From the IMG/VR virus record IMGVR_UViG_3300025634_000001, positions 41,738-105,737 of that record: a stretch of 64,000 nucleotides of DNA; one strand, 5' to 3'. The DNA is from a virus. The first letter of the stretch is position 1. Every line of letters begins with the position of its first letter. Below the pieces are notes generated by a model. The model did no database searches and was not told the origin of the DNA. It saw nothing but the letters and a program-made list of their open reading frames with translations. Shown here piece by piece: positions 38,580-46,569 of the stretch. Both the position numbers and the translations under genes were made by a program.

Positions 38580-38843
38580 ATGTCCCATGCCGCAGACCCC
38601 GGCATCGCCGCCCACATCGAGCACTGGCTGCAGCAGCACGTAGCCCCCGACATCACCCGCCTCAAGGCCGACGTGTCAAAGGTCCGGGCGCTGCTCCCCG
38701 AACTCCAGGTGCTCGCTAACACCGTCGTGACGCTGGCTAAGGCCTCTGACGTCCCCGAGGTCGCGGTGATCGCGGAGGACGCGGTGAAAGCCGCTGAGGT
38801 CATCGCGGAGATCGCGACGGCACTGGCGGCGGCAGGGATGTAG
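38580..38843 (+). CDS. hypothetical protein
   Basis: 87-aa ORF in operon. Confidence 0.6.
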   Translation: MSHAADPGIAAHIEHWLQQHVAPDITRLKADVSKVRALLPELQVLANTVVTLAKASDVPEVAVIAEDAVKAAEVIAEIATALAAAGM

Positions 38844-38947
38844 GTCTCGCTCCCGCGCGGCTGAGGGGGCCGCTGGTGAATACGTCCGGGCAGGCGGGAT
38901 GGCCCGGCGGTAGGTAACGGCGGCCACGAGCAGAAAGGCGGCCAGCC

Positions 38948-39200
38948 GGCGATGCAAGGATTTTTTCGTGACTCCTCCTGCGGATTGAGTCCGCAGGATT
39001 CTCAGGCAGCTATCGCCTGACGGGCAAGCCCTGCCCGCAAGATGTTGATGGCCGCGTTCACGTCCGCGTGGGCCTCGTGGCCGCACGACAGGCACCGGAA
39101 AACGGCCTGGCTTGCACGGTTCCCCTTGGCGACGTGCCCGCACTGAGCGCATCGCTGCGAGGTGTTCTGGGGGTTTACTGCGACTACCGTCCGTCCGGCC
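38948..39200 (-). ncRNA. TnpB omega (re)RNA: right-end hairpin plus 3' guide (5' boundary approximate)
   Basis: Minus strand after the stop: TCCTGCGGA-CTCAA-TCCGCAGGA-GGAGTCAC|GAAAAAATCCTTGCATCGCC, a typical IS605-type right end. Confidence 0.75.
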
Positions 39201-40189
39201 CATTCTGCCTTGGCGGCGAGTATCCGCAGGAAGTTACCCCATCCCGCATCCTTGATGGATCTGTTCAGCCCAGCTTTGGCCGCCGCGCCGTTTGGCTCGA
39301 ACGTGCCGTCACCAACCGGCCGCGGTTTCGGTCGGCGGGTCATGTTCGCGATCTTCAATGCTTCATGCACGATCACGTCATGGTCACGGACGAGAGCCAG
39401 CGCGGTCTTATGGGCATGGTCGAGGCGCTGGCGGCGTGCCTTGCCGTACAGTGCCGCAACCCGCCGGGTGGCCTTGCGCCTGCGATTGCTTCCTAGTTTC
39501 TTGCGGGAGTGCTTCCGGTTGGCGGCGGCAAGACGTTCAGTGATGGCGGCATGCGGGCGCGGGTTCGGGACGTGCTTCCCGTCGCTGGTCGTCAGGAACG
39601 ACATCACGCCTAGGTCGATGCCGACGACCGCGCCAGTCGGCGCCAGTGCCTCAACCGGCACGTCATCGCAAGTCAGGATCACGTACCAGCGACCAAGCTC
39701 ACGTCTTACCGTGATCCTCTTGACGATGCCCCTGACCGGGCGGTGCTGGTGTACGCGGACGTGGCCGATGCCCTGAAGCTTCACGCGGGTCACGGTCGGA
39801 TGCGGGACAGAATCCCAGAGGCATGCATGGCCATTCTCCGGCCACTCGATGGAGTTCCACCGACCCCGCCCCTTGAAGCGAGGATGGCCGGGTACCTCGC
39901 CTGCCTTGACGCGACGGAAGAAGCCTAGGAACGCATCGTCAAGGCGACGGAGAGTTTCCTGCTCGCAACTGTAGGCCCACCGGGTGAACCGCTCCGGGGC
40001 GGCGGCACGGATCTCCTTCAGCTGTGCCGCCTGTGTGCTGTAGAAGATGCGGCGTTTCCCCATCCGCCATGCCTCAACGCGTTCCTCAAGCGCGGCGTTA
40101 TATAGCTCGCGGGTGTCCTCAAGGCACGCCTCGAACGCGGCTATCTGCTTAGCAGTCGGCCGCAGAAGGAACCTATAGTTGCGATACAA
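39002..40189 (-). CDS. tnpB: RNA-guided endonuclease TnpB (IS200/IS605 family), RuvC triad intact
   Basis: YRFLLRPT..LYNAAL, PRFK, GIDLG (D), VHEAL (E), TSQRC..CG..FRC..CG, ADVNAAINI (D); likely TTG start at 40189. Confidence 0.95.
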   Translation of the reverse strand: MYRNYRFLLRPTAKQIAAFEACLEDTRELYNAALEERVEAWRMGKRRIFYSTQAAQLKEIRAAAPERFTRWAYSCEQETLRRLDDAFLGFFRRVKAGEVPGHPRFKGRGRWNSIEWPENGHACLWDSVPHPTVTRVKLQGIGHVRVHQHRPVRGIVKRITVRRELGRWYVILTCDDVPVEALAPTGAVVGIDLGVMSFLTTSDGKHVPNPRPHAAITERLAAANRKHSRKKLGSNRRRKATRRVAALYGKARRQRLDHAHKTALALVRDHDVIVHEALKIANMTRRPKPRPVGDGTFEPNGAAAKAGLNRSIKDAGWGNFLRILAAKAEWAGRTVVAVNPQNTSQRCAQCGHVAKGNRASQAVFRCLSCGHEAHADVNAAINILRAGLARQAIAA

Positions 40190-40280
40190 CCTGCACCGGG
40201 TCTCAGTAGTCGGTGTGGGTTCAGGCCCGGTTCGGTGGTTGCACATCGGCCGGGCCGCTTTATGTCGAACAGTCTAGCGG
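40190..40280 (-). promoter_or_regulatory. TnpB leader (TAGACT -10, hairpin, start-occluding hairpin)
   Basis: CCGCTAGACTG..AAAGC-GGCCCGG/CCGGGCC-AACCCACACCG/CGGTGCAGGTT(G). Confidence 0.65.
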
Positions 40281-40328
40281 ACTTAGACCACGACATGCAT
40301 GAGTGCCACGCTGAAAGGTGGCGAAAAA

Positions 40329-40652
40329 TTGAACGGCTTTTTCCACCCGGAAGTCCTCCGGGTGCTCGACAGGATCGACGCGCAGCTCTGCGCAATCAAC
40401 GAGAAACTGGAGAACATCATCATGTCTCAATCGGATATCGATGCTGCCGTGGCGACCGACACGGCGCTGCTGGCCGACCTGACCACCCAGACCGCCGCGA
40501 TCGCCGCCGCGCAGGCCGCGTTCGCCGCGGAGATCGCCACCCTGCAGGGCCAGGGCGTGGACACGTCCGCGCTGGACGCCATCAACGCTCAGCTGGCCGC
40601 CGCTCAGGCGCCTCTGGACGCTGCGGTGACCGCGCTGACCGCTGCGAGCTAG
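40329..40652 (+). CDS. Ala-rich coiled-coil protein, end of late operon
   Basis: AAGGTGG RBS before TTG; heptad pattern. Confidence 0.65.
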   Translation: MNGFFHPEVLRVLDRIDAQLCAINEKLENIIMSQSDIDAAVATDTALLADLTTQTAAIAAAQAAFAAEIATLQGQGVDTSALDAINAQLAAAQAPLDAAVTALTAAS

Positions 40653-40680
40653 CCGGTAGGCTACCGCCCAGGTAAACGGG

Positions 40681-40720
40681 AAGCAGCGCGCCTCGTCTTC
40701 GGACGGGGCGCGCTGCTTTT
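40681..40720 (+). terminator. intrinsic terminator between convergent arms
   Basis: AAGCAGCGCGCCTCGTC-TTCG-GACGGGGCGCGCTGCTT-TT. Confidence 0.9.
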
Positions 40721-40734
40721 GCGTTGGGGCGGGA

Positions 40735-41403
40735 CTAGCCGGCGATATTGCCATCCCCGGCCGAGTCGCCGTAGTTGTTGTTATAGCCATCCGTCCACTG
40801 CTGGTACTGCTCGCTGGCGACAGGGACGACGAAGCGGCCGAACACCCGGTAGGAGATCGTCGTCACCGTCACGCCGTAGTGCCACGACCAGTCCCCGATG
40901 CCGATACCGCCGAAGGTGGTCCCGTGCGGGAACGCCAGCTCATACCACGTCGAGGTACTGTCGGCCGGGTCGGCACCGTGATCGTTCTCGCTGTAGGCGA
41001 CACCCGCATTGAACGCCGCGCTCGGCAGCTCGGACGCAGTGAACGAGAAATCGGCGTAACCCGCCATCTGCCCGGTGACCCTGGACTTGATCACGTCGCC
41101 GGCGTAGGAGCCGCCCTGGTTCGGGGTCGGCGCTCCCTTGACCGTCGTGAAGGTGCCGATGTCGCCGAGCGTCGCGGTGAAGGTGTAGGCGCCGGGCGAG
41201 CCGCCAGTCAGGGTGACCGTCAGGCTCCGGGTCATGGTGTCGTCAGCCCAGGTGTCCGGGTTACCGTTCCCGCCGTCAGGGCGGTCGGTGACAAAGGTCA
41301 GCGCGTGCCACGACGGCTGACGGGCAGCGGCGTTCGCGATGCCGCCTGACGTCAGCAGCGCTGCGGCTGCGGCAACCGCGATGGCTGCGGCTTTGATGCT
41401 CAT
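40735..41403 (-). CDS. secreted protein
   Basis: Signal peptide ending ANA; GAGGAG RBS. Confidence 0.75.
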   Translation of the reverse strand: MSIKAAAIAVAAAAALLTSGGIANAAARQPSWHALTFVTDRPDGGNGNPDTWADDTMTRSLTVTLTGGSPGAYTFTATLGDIGTFTTVKGAPTPNQGGSYAGDVIKSRVTGQMAGYADFSFTASELPSAAFNAGVAYSENDHGADPADSTSTWYELAFPHGTTFGGIGIGDWSWHYGVTVTTISYRVFGRFVVPVASEQYQQWTDGYNNNYGDSAGDGNIAG

Positions 41404-41557
41404 TACGTTGTCTCCTCGTTGAGTGTTCAATCGGTTGCTGTGGGGTATTTAGGCAGTGATCGCACCGTTACCGCTCGCGCTCCCGGTTACAGCCGGCGAG
41501 CACCCCCGCCAAGCCCGGCCGCGCCGATCCCCCCCAGGCGCGGCCGGGCCCCAGGGG

Positions 41558-41998
41558 TCAGGCGACCTTGCTGAGCACCTCGCCGTGCAGCGCGAGCCCC
41601 GCTTTTGCGAGTGCCAGGCGGACCTCATCGACCTGCGGCCGGCTGAAACCCAGATCATCCAGGTCGAGAGCGGACAGGCCCTTCAGCTTGCCGACCGTAT
41701 TGAAGCCCGCGGTCTCCAGGCGCCGCTGGATGGTCACCGCCGGGCCGGTCCGGAAGGCAGGCCACAGGGACGTCAGGGACGCGTCGAGGGGATCGGGGGC
41801 GCCGGGGGCGGGTGTGCCGGCGAGGAGCGCGCGGACCTCGGCCTCCTTGTAACGTCGATGTCCCCCAAGTGTCCTTATTGTTGACAGTTTGCCCGCTTTA
41901 GCCCATCTTGTCACGGTCTTCGGATCAACTCTGAACATCTGGGCTACTTCGGACGGCGTGAGTAGATTGTCTGTTTCGATTGGCGTCCTGGCACTCAT
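41558..41998 (-). CDS. bldC: BldC-family regulator fused to an RNAP alpha-CTD-like domain
   Basis: LLTPSEVAQMFRVDPKTVTRWAKAGKLSTIRTLGGHRRY.EAEVRALL is essentially Streptomyces BldC; C-terminus LETAGFNTVGKL..LS..DL..LGF....VDEVRLAL..AGLAL. Confidence 0.9.
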   Translation of the reverse strand: MSARTPIETDNLLTPSEVAQMFRVDPKTVTRWAKAGKLSTIRTLGGHRRYKEAEVRALLAGTPAPGAPDPLDASLTSLWPAFRTGPAVTIQRRLETAGFNTVGKLKGLSALDLDDLGFSRPQVDEVRLALAKAGLALHGEVLSKVA

Positions 41999-42099
41999 CT
42001 TGCTACCCTCCCATTAGGTCCGCTGGCCTCCTGACCAGCGGTGATGTACCCTTATTGCGGTAAAGGGCGGCTATTGCGGATAACCGCCTGACTGCTTCA

Positions 42100-42136
42100 C
42101 CCCGTCCGGCCTCCCCAGGTCGGGCGGGGCTTTTTC
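42100..42136 (+). terminator. hairpin plus T-run
   Basis: CCCCGTCCGGCCT-CCCC-AGGTCGGGCGGGG-CTTTTT. Confidence 0.6.
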
Positions 42137-42197
42137 ATGCCCGGAGCCGGGCGGCCCCAGGAGTAAACGGTTCCCTGGGACCACCCGGCATCCGGTA

Positions 42198-42301
42198 TCG
42201 CGGTGACGCAGGCGATCTAAAATCCCTCAACGACAAAGAGGGCCGGGAACCGATCAGCCCGTTCCCATCGCCGGCGTTCTGATGTGGCTGCCCCACCGCG
42301 A
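42198..42301. ncRNA. candidate multibranch structured RNA
   Basis: Four nested helices in an intergenic region (see findings). Confidence 0.45.
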
Positions 42302-42312
42302 CTAGCTACTTC

Positions 42313-43068
42313 TTAGCGCAGCACGCCGAAGTCGGCGCCCCAGAGCTGGTTGTCGTTCACCGTGCCCAGCTCAGGCACGAGGAAGGCACCCGTGAACCCG
42401 GTCAGGCTGTCGGTCTCCAGCTGCGGCCGGGGAGTGTTCGTCGGATACCCGTTCTTCGGGTAGTCCAGCACGAACGGGTGCGAGAACGTGGTGTCCGACC
42501 CGTTGATCAGCGGCACGTAGCCGTGGGTGATCGTAGTGTCGAGCGTGTCCACGACCCAGGCGGTCTTGCTCGTGTAACCACAGGGCTGAAGGGTCACCTT
42601 CGTGCCCTGCTGGGCGGTCGCCGCGACACCCGCGCACAGGCCGGACGCCACCCCGTACGGGGTGTACTCCAGCTCGAACGCCGGGTCATCCGGGTAGCCG
42701 TTCCCTGCGGCCGTGACGCCGGCCATCCCGATCCCGGAACCGTAATGCAGGTCGATCGCCGCGGACATGAGACCCGCGGCGAAGAAGTCCGACGTGGTGC
42801 CGTTGAACTCGGCGCTGAAGTCCTCAGCCGGGTCGGTGTCCGACGTGCGGAACAGGATGACCGGCTGGCCGACCTTCGCAGCCTGCTGGAACACGTCGAG
42901 AACGAACGCCGGCGTGTGGTGGGTGCCGAACTCGCGGCTGAACACGTCAGCGCACGTAGACCCGCACGACGGGGTGGCAGCACTGGCGGACATCACGCCC
43001 ACCGCGCCGACACCGCCGACGAGGGTCAGCGTGGCCGCTGCGGCGAAAACCTTGCTCTTGACAGACAA
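42313..43068 (-). CDS. secreted protein, ricin-B/lectin-like pattern
   Basis: Signal peptide ending ASA; VLDV, LCAGV..VTLQPC..W, NQLW. Confidence 0.7.
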   Translation of the reverse strand: MSVKSKVFAAAATLTLVGGVGAVGVMSASAATPSCGSTCADVFSREFGTHHTPAFVLDVFQQAAKVGQPVILFRTSDTDPAEDFSAEFNGTTSDFFAAGLMSAAIDLHYGSGIGMAGVTAAGNGYPDDPAFELEYTPYGVASGLCAGVAATAQQGTKVTLQPCGYTSKTAWVVDTLDTTITHGYVPLINGSDTTFSHPFVLDYPKNGYPTNTPRPQLETDSLTGFTGAFLVPELGTVNDNQLWGADFGVLR

Positions 43069-43167
43069 TTCGATTCCTCTGTTTGGACTCCAGCCTCGCC
43101 CTGCGCGCGGCTGGCCCTGCGATTCCCCGGTCATTACCCGGACCGGGACGGGGGTCTATGGGGGCGG

Positions 43168-44193
43168 CTAGCCCATCTCGAACGCCAGCACCGTCTGCTC
43201 GGGCTGCTCAGACTCCAGGATGGCCAGGTTCTTCACGGCCTGCCGGTAATAGCTGGCCTTCAGTTCCGCGCCGGCGGCCTTGCGGCCCAGCTCGACCGCC
43301 GCGTAGGCCTCAGATCCGACGCCGAGAAACGGAGTGAACACCGTCTCGCCAGGATTGGTCCGCATGTCCACGAACCGGCGCGACACGTCGAGCTGCAGCG
43401 GGTGGACGTGCTTCTCGTCCTCCTCGTCGCGGGCCTCCCGGTACGGCAGGACCGCCATGTGACTGCGGTCATCGTACTGACCCAGGTTGCCGCGGACGTC
43501 ATCCCACACCGACCCGGCATACTGCCGCCACACCCACTGCGAATACCGGTTCTCCAGCTGGCTCCCCGACCACCCCCGGTACTTCATCACGTCGGCGGGC
43601 GGGACGCTGGCGCCATGGTAGGCAGTGAACCCGTTCGGGTGCGTCACCGGGACGGGATTCTTCCCCTTCTTGCGGAAGATCAGGAGCCAGTCCGCGCCGG
43701 CGATACCCGCGAACGTGGCGTCATCCACGATCGTCTTGTGAGTGAGATCCTTGACCATCGTCCGGTTCCGGACCGCCAGCGGCTCCTTCCAGATGGCGTG
43801 ACGGCCCAGGTACTCGAACCCGTGCCGCTGATGCAGGCGGATCACGTCACCGGGGAAGTCGACCAGGGCGTCACCGCCGGAGTTCCCCGACGGGGTGTCC
43901 ATGCAGTGGACGGCGTTCAGCCGGCCCGGCATCGTCAGCCGGTGAAGCTCGGCGACGAAATAGCCGTACATCTCGAAGAACTCCGTGTACCCGCCGGCAT
44001 TGGACAGGTCCCGCTCACTGGAGGAGTACTTGTACAGGCCCGCCCCCCCGGCGCCCTCGTCGCCGTAGGCGAACGGCGGGGAGTAAACCACGCCGTGCAT
44101 GCACCCGTCCGGGTAGGCGGCCATGACCTCCATGCTGTCGCCGTTGTGGATGGCGTACCGGTCGGTGATGACCTGTGCTGCTACCTGACCCAT
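43168..44193 (-). CDS. N6A/N4C DNA methyltransferase (beta class)
   Basis: GDSMEV, YSPPF, HVHPLQLD, VFTPFLGVGSE, GAELK.SYY. Confidence 0.9.
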   Translation of the reverse strand: MGQVAAQVITDRYAIHNGDSMEVMAAYPDGCMHGVVYSPPFAYGDEGAGGAGLYKYSSSERDLSNAGGYTEFFEMYGYFVAELHRLTMPGRLNAVHCMDTPSGNSGGDALVDFPGDVIRLHQRHGFEYLGRHAIWKEPLAVRNRTMVKDLTHKTIVDDATFAGIAGADWLLIFRKKGKNPVPVTHPNGFTAYHGASVPPADVMKYRGWSGSQLENRYSQWVWRQYAGSVWDDVRGNLGQYDDRSHMAVLPYREARDEEDEKHVHPLQLDVSRRFVDMRTNPGETVFTPFLGVGSEAYAAVELGRKAAGAELKASYYRQAVKNLAILESEQPEQTVLAFEMG

Positions 44194-45557
44194 GAGGGGA
44201 CCTCCGTGTCCTTGGCGTAGGTGGCGCTGCGGTCGACAGCCAGCGCGTTGTTCATGTGGGCGGTCAGGGAACTGAACATCCGGTCCGCCTTGACGGCCTT
44301 GCGTTCCAGGCTGGCGAGGACCCGTTCCCCGCCCGTGGTCGTGACGACATCCACGATCACCGGATGCTGCTGCCCGAACCGCCAGCAGCGGCGCACCGCC
44401 TGGTAGTAGGCCTCGAACGAATGGTCCACGAAGTACGTCATGCGGTGGCAGTTCTGGTAGTTCAGGCCCCACGACGCGATCCGGGGTTTCGTGACCAGGA
44501 CCCGGATCTCCCCGCGGCCGAACGCGCCGAGCTTCTCCTCTTTCGCTTCCACCGGATCGGACCCGGTCACCTGGACCGCGCCGGGGATCAGCTTCGTGAG
44601 CAGGTCGCCCTCGTCGTTCAGGTGGCACCAGGCGATGCCGGGCGCGGCGTCCGAAAGCAGGTCCGCGGCCTTCTCGCACCGCTCCGTGATGGTGCGCCGT
44701 GACTCTTCCCGCTCCTCGTGCAGCCCGACGGCAGGCACGTCGAACAGGGTGCCCTCTTTCACCGTCCGCGCCTCCACGACATTGCAGCGGGTCTCCAGCG
44801 GCGGCAGGATGAACCCGTCATCTGCGAACCCGAGATCGGACGGCTTGCGCATCGCCCTGGCCCACGACGACACCCACCGCCAGAACAGTTCCTCGGCGTG
44901 GCCCTTGAACCGCCATTCCTCCCCGGCCCGCGGGCGCCACTTCCCGCCCATCGTCTTGCTGGTCTTCTCCTTGTTCGTGAAGAACCGGCCGAGCATGTCC
45001 ATGTGACCCAGGTACCCGAGGGCCTCACTGGAGGTCCCCAGCTCCGTGTGATCGTTCGGGGAGGGCGTGGCCGTGGCCAGCAGCCGGTACGGCACGGTCC
45101 GCATGAACTCGTTCACCATCGCCCGCCGCACCGAATCGTACGACTTCAGTGCCGAGCTCTCGTCGCAGATCACGCCGCCGAACTTGTCCCGGTCGAAATG
45201 CTCGAGCCGCTCGTAGTTGGTGACGGTGATGGGGGCCGGGATCTTGCCGTCCCGCGAGATGGCCGCGTCTATCCCGAACTTGGCGGCCTCGGTCACCATC
45301 TGGTCGGTGACGCCCAGCCGGGTCAGCAGCAGGACGGGCTTGCCGGCGTGCTTGTGCACGTTCTGCCCCCAGACCAGCGACATCGGGGTCTTCCCGCCCC
45401 CGCAGTCCACGAACAGCGCGCCGCGGCCCTGCCGGATCGACCACTCCGTGAGCATCCGCTGGAACCCGAACAGGAAGTCCGGCGTCCACAGCGGCTCGAA
45501 CCCGGCCGAGCTACCCAGCTGCGCCTTGCGTGCGAGCAGTTCCGCGTAGGTGCCCAT
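44181..45557 (-). CDS. SF2 (SNF2-like) helicase
   Basis: DCGGGKT, DESS, TATPSPND, QAVRRCWRFGQ. Confidence 0.9.
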   Translation of the reverse strand: MGTYAELLARKAQLGSSAGFEPLWTPDFLFGFQRMLTEWSIRQGRGALFVDCGGGKTPMSLVWGQNVHKHAGKPVLLLTRLGVTDQMVTEAAKFGIDAAISRDGKIPAPITVTNYERLEHFDRDKFGGVICDESSALKSYDSVRRAMVNEFMRTVPYRLLATATPSPNDHTELGTSSEALGYLGHMDMLGRFFTNKEKTSKTMGGKWRPRAGEEWRFKGHAEELFWRWVSSWARAMRKPSDLGFADDGFILPPLETRCNVVEARTVKEGTLFDVPAVGLHEEREESRRTITERCEKAADLLSDAAPGIAWCHLNDEGDLLTKLIPGAVQVTGSDPVEAKEEKLGAFGRGEIRVLVTKPRIASWGLNYQNCHRMTYFVDHSFEAYYQAVRRCWRFGQQHPVIVDVVTTTGGERVLASLERKAVKADRMFSSLTAHMNNALAVDRSATYAKDTEVPSWVR

Positions 45558-45973
45558 CAGCAGGCCCCCAGGTCTCTCGCAGCGGCTTCCGTGCGGTGAT
45601 CCCACGCTTCCTGGTCGTGCACTGGTGCGGCGGCAGGCAAGCCGGGACCGTGGACCGCGCAGTCAGTGACCGGGCTCGTGTCGGTGCCGGGGATCTCGCG
45701 GCCCAGGTAGCAGGTGCAGTGCGGCTGCCCTTCCAGGATCGCCAGAGCCACCGCAGCGACCTGGACAAGCTCCGTCCTCAGTGCTTCCGGGTCACCGTCG
45801 AGGGCGGCGCGGGCGACTTCCCCGCACTCCTCGGTGAGTACCGCGACCTTGACCATGAGGGGGACGGCGGCACTTGAGCAGTCACCCTGCCCGTGGGCGT
45901 GCGGTGCGGCCCAGAGCTGCGCCTGGCGGTCCCGCTCGGCGCTGATCGCGGCCAGGGCGTCGGCGCGGGTCAC
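45557..45973 (-). CDS. MazG-like NTP pyrophosphohydrolase
   Basis: LTEECGEVARA..ELVQVAAVA. Confidence 0.8.
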   Translation of the reverse strand: MTRADALAAISAERDRQAQLWAAPHAHGQGDCSSAAVPLMVKVAVLTEECGEVARAALDGDPEALRTELVQVAAVALAILEGQPHCTCYLGREIPGTDTSPVTDCAVHGPGLPAAAPVHDQEAWDHRTEAAARDLGAC

Positions 45974-46158
45974 TGCGCTGCCTCGTGTGCGGGCAGTTCG
46001 GCCGCGGCGGCAACTTCGGGTGGCGCGGTGATCATCGCGACCACGCGGCCCCGGCTGGTGACGTAGGTGATCCGACCCCGGATGGCGTCGTTGATCACAT
46101 CGGCTAGGTGCTCGCGAACGTCGCGGATGCTCCGCTCGCACGGTTCGGTGGTAGTCAT
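45970..46158 (-). CDS. Phd/YefM-like DNA-binding (antitoxin-type) protein
   Basis: SIRDVREHLADVIN..ITYVTSRGRVVA. Confidence 0.75.
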   Translation of the reverse strand: MTTTEPCERSIRDVREHLADVINDAIRGRITYVTSRGRVVAMITAPPEVAAAAELPAHEAAQ

Positions 46159-46215
46159 GACGCTAGCGTACACAAGTAGTGGCGGGTGCACACTGGTGAC
46201 ACGCCGGAAAGTTTC

Positions 46216-46458
46216 TCACGCCGCCGCGCCCGGATTCACGCGGGAGCCGGGCATCGGCCTCGGGTCGGCGCCGGCCGCCTGCTGGGCTTCCTGCTGGCGC
46301 TTCTCCCAGGCGATGACGTCGGCTAGCTTGTAGAGGGTCCTGCGCCCGAACCGTGTCCCGGACGGGCCGTAGCCGCGGTGCTTCCAGTAGCGGACCGTGG
46401 ACGGGACAGTCCGCAGGCGGTCGGCTAGCTCGGCGGTGGTCAGCCACTGGTCGTCCAC
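46216..46458 (-). CDS. xis: excisionase / HTH_17
   Basis: WLTTAELADRLR...TVRYW...YGP..FGRRTLY...DV.AW; divergent from repressor-integrase. Confidence 0.8.
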   Translation of the reverse strand: MDDQWLTTAELADRLRTVPSTVRYWKHRGYGPSGTRFGRRTLYKLADVIAWEKRQQEAQQAAGADPRPMPGSRVNPGAAA

Positions 46459-46569
46459 GGAAATCCTCACAGGGAATACGTACCGGAACCCGTCACGGGG
46501 ATGATGACGACAGGTTCGCATATCCGTTGGCTATATGCAACCTGTACCGGGATGCGGTTTAATATCCCC

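Noticed and set aside
39002-40189. TnpB as nuclease-dead TldR repressor or Cas12f
   Set aside because: All three RuvC acidic residues are present and there is no CRISPR array nearby
40190-40246. ATG 40246 as the tnpB start
   Set aside because: Lies inside the leader hairpin, has no RBS, and adds 19 residues before the usual TnpB N-terminal motif
42266-42275. CATCGCCGGC match between the TnpB guide region and the candidate ncRNA
   Set aside because: Only 10 GC-rich nt, outside the seed, and also present near 25214; consistent with chance
43168-45557. DISARM/BREX defence system
   Set aside because: Only a helicase and methylase are present; the other core genes are absent
42478-45599. Long + strand ORFs over the methylase and helicase
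   Set aside because: Shadow frames opposite well-supported genes
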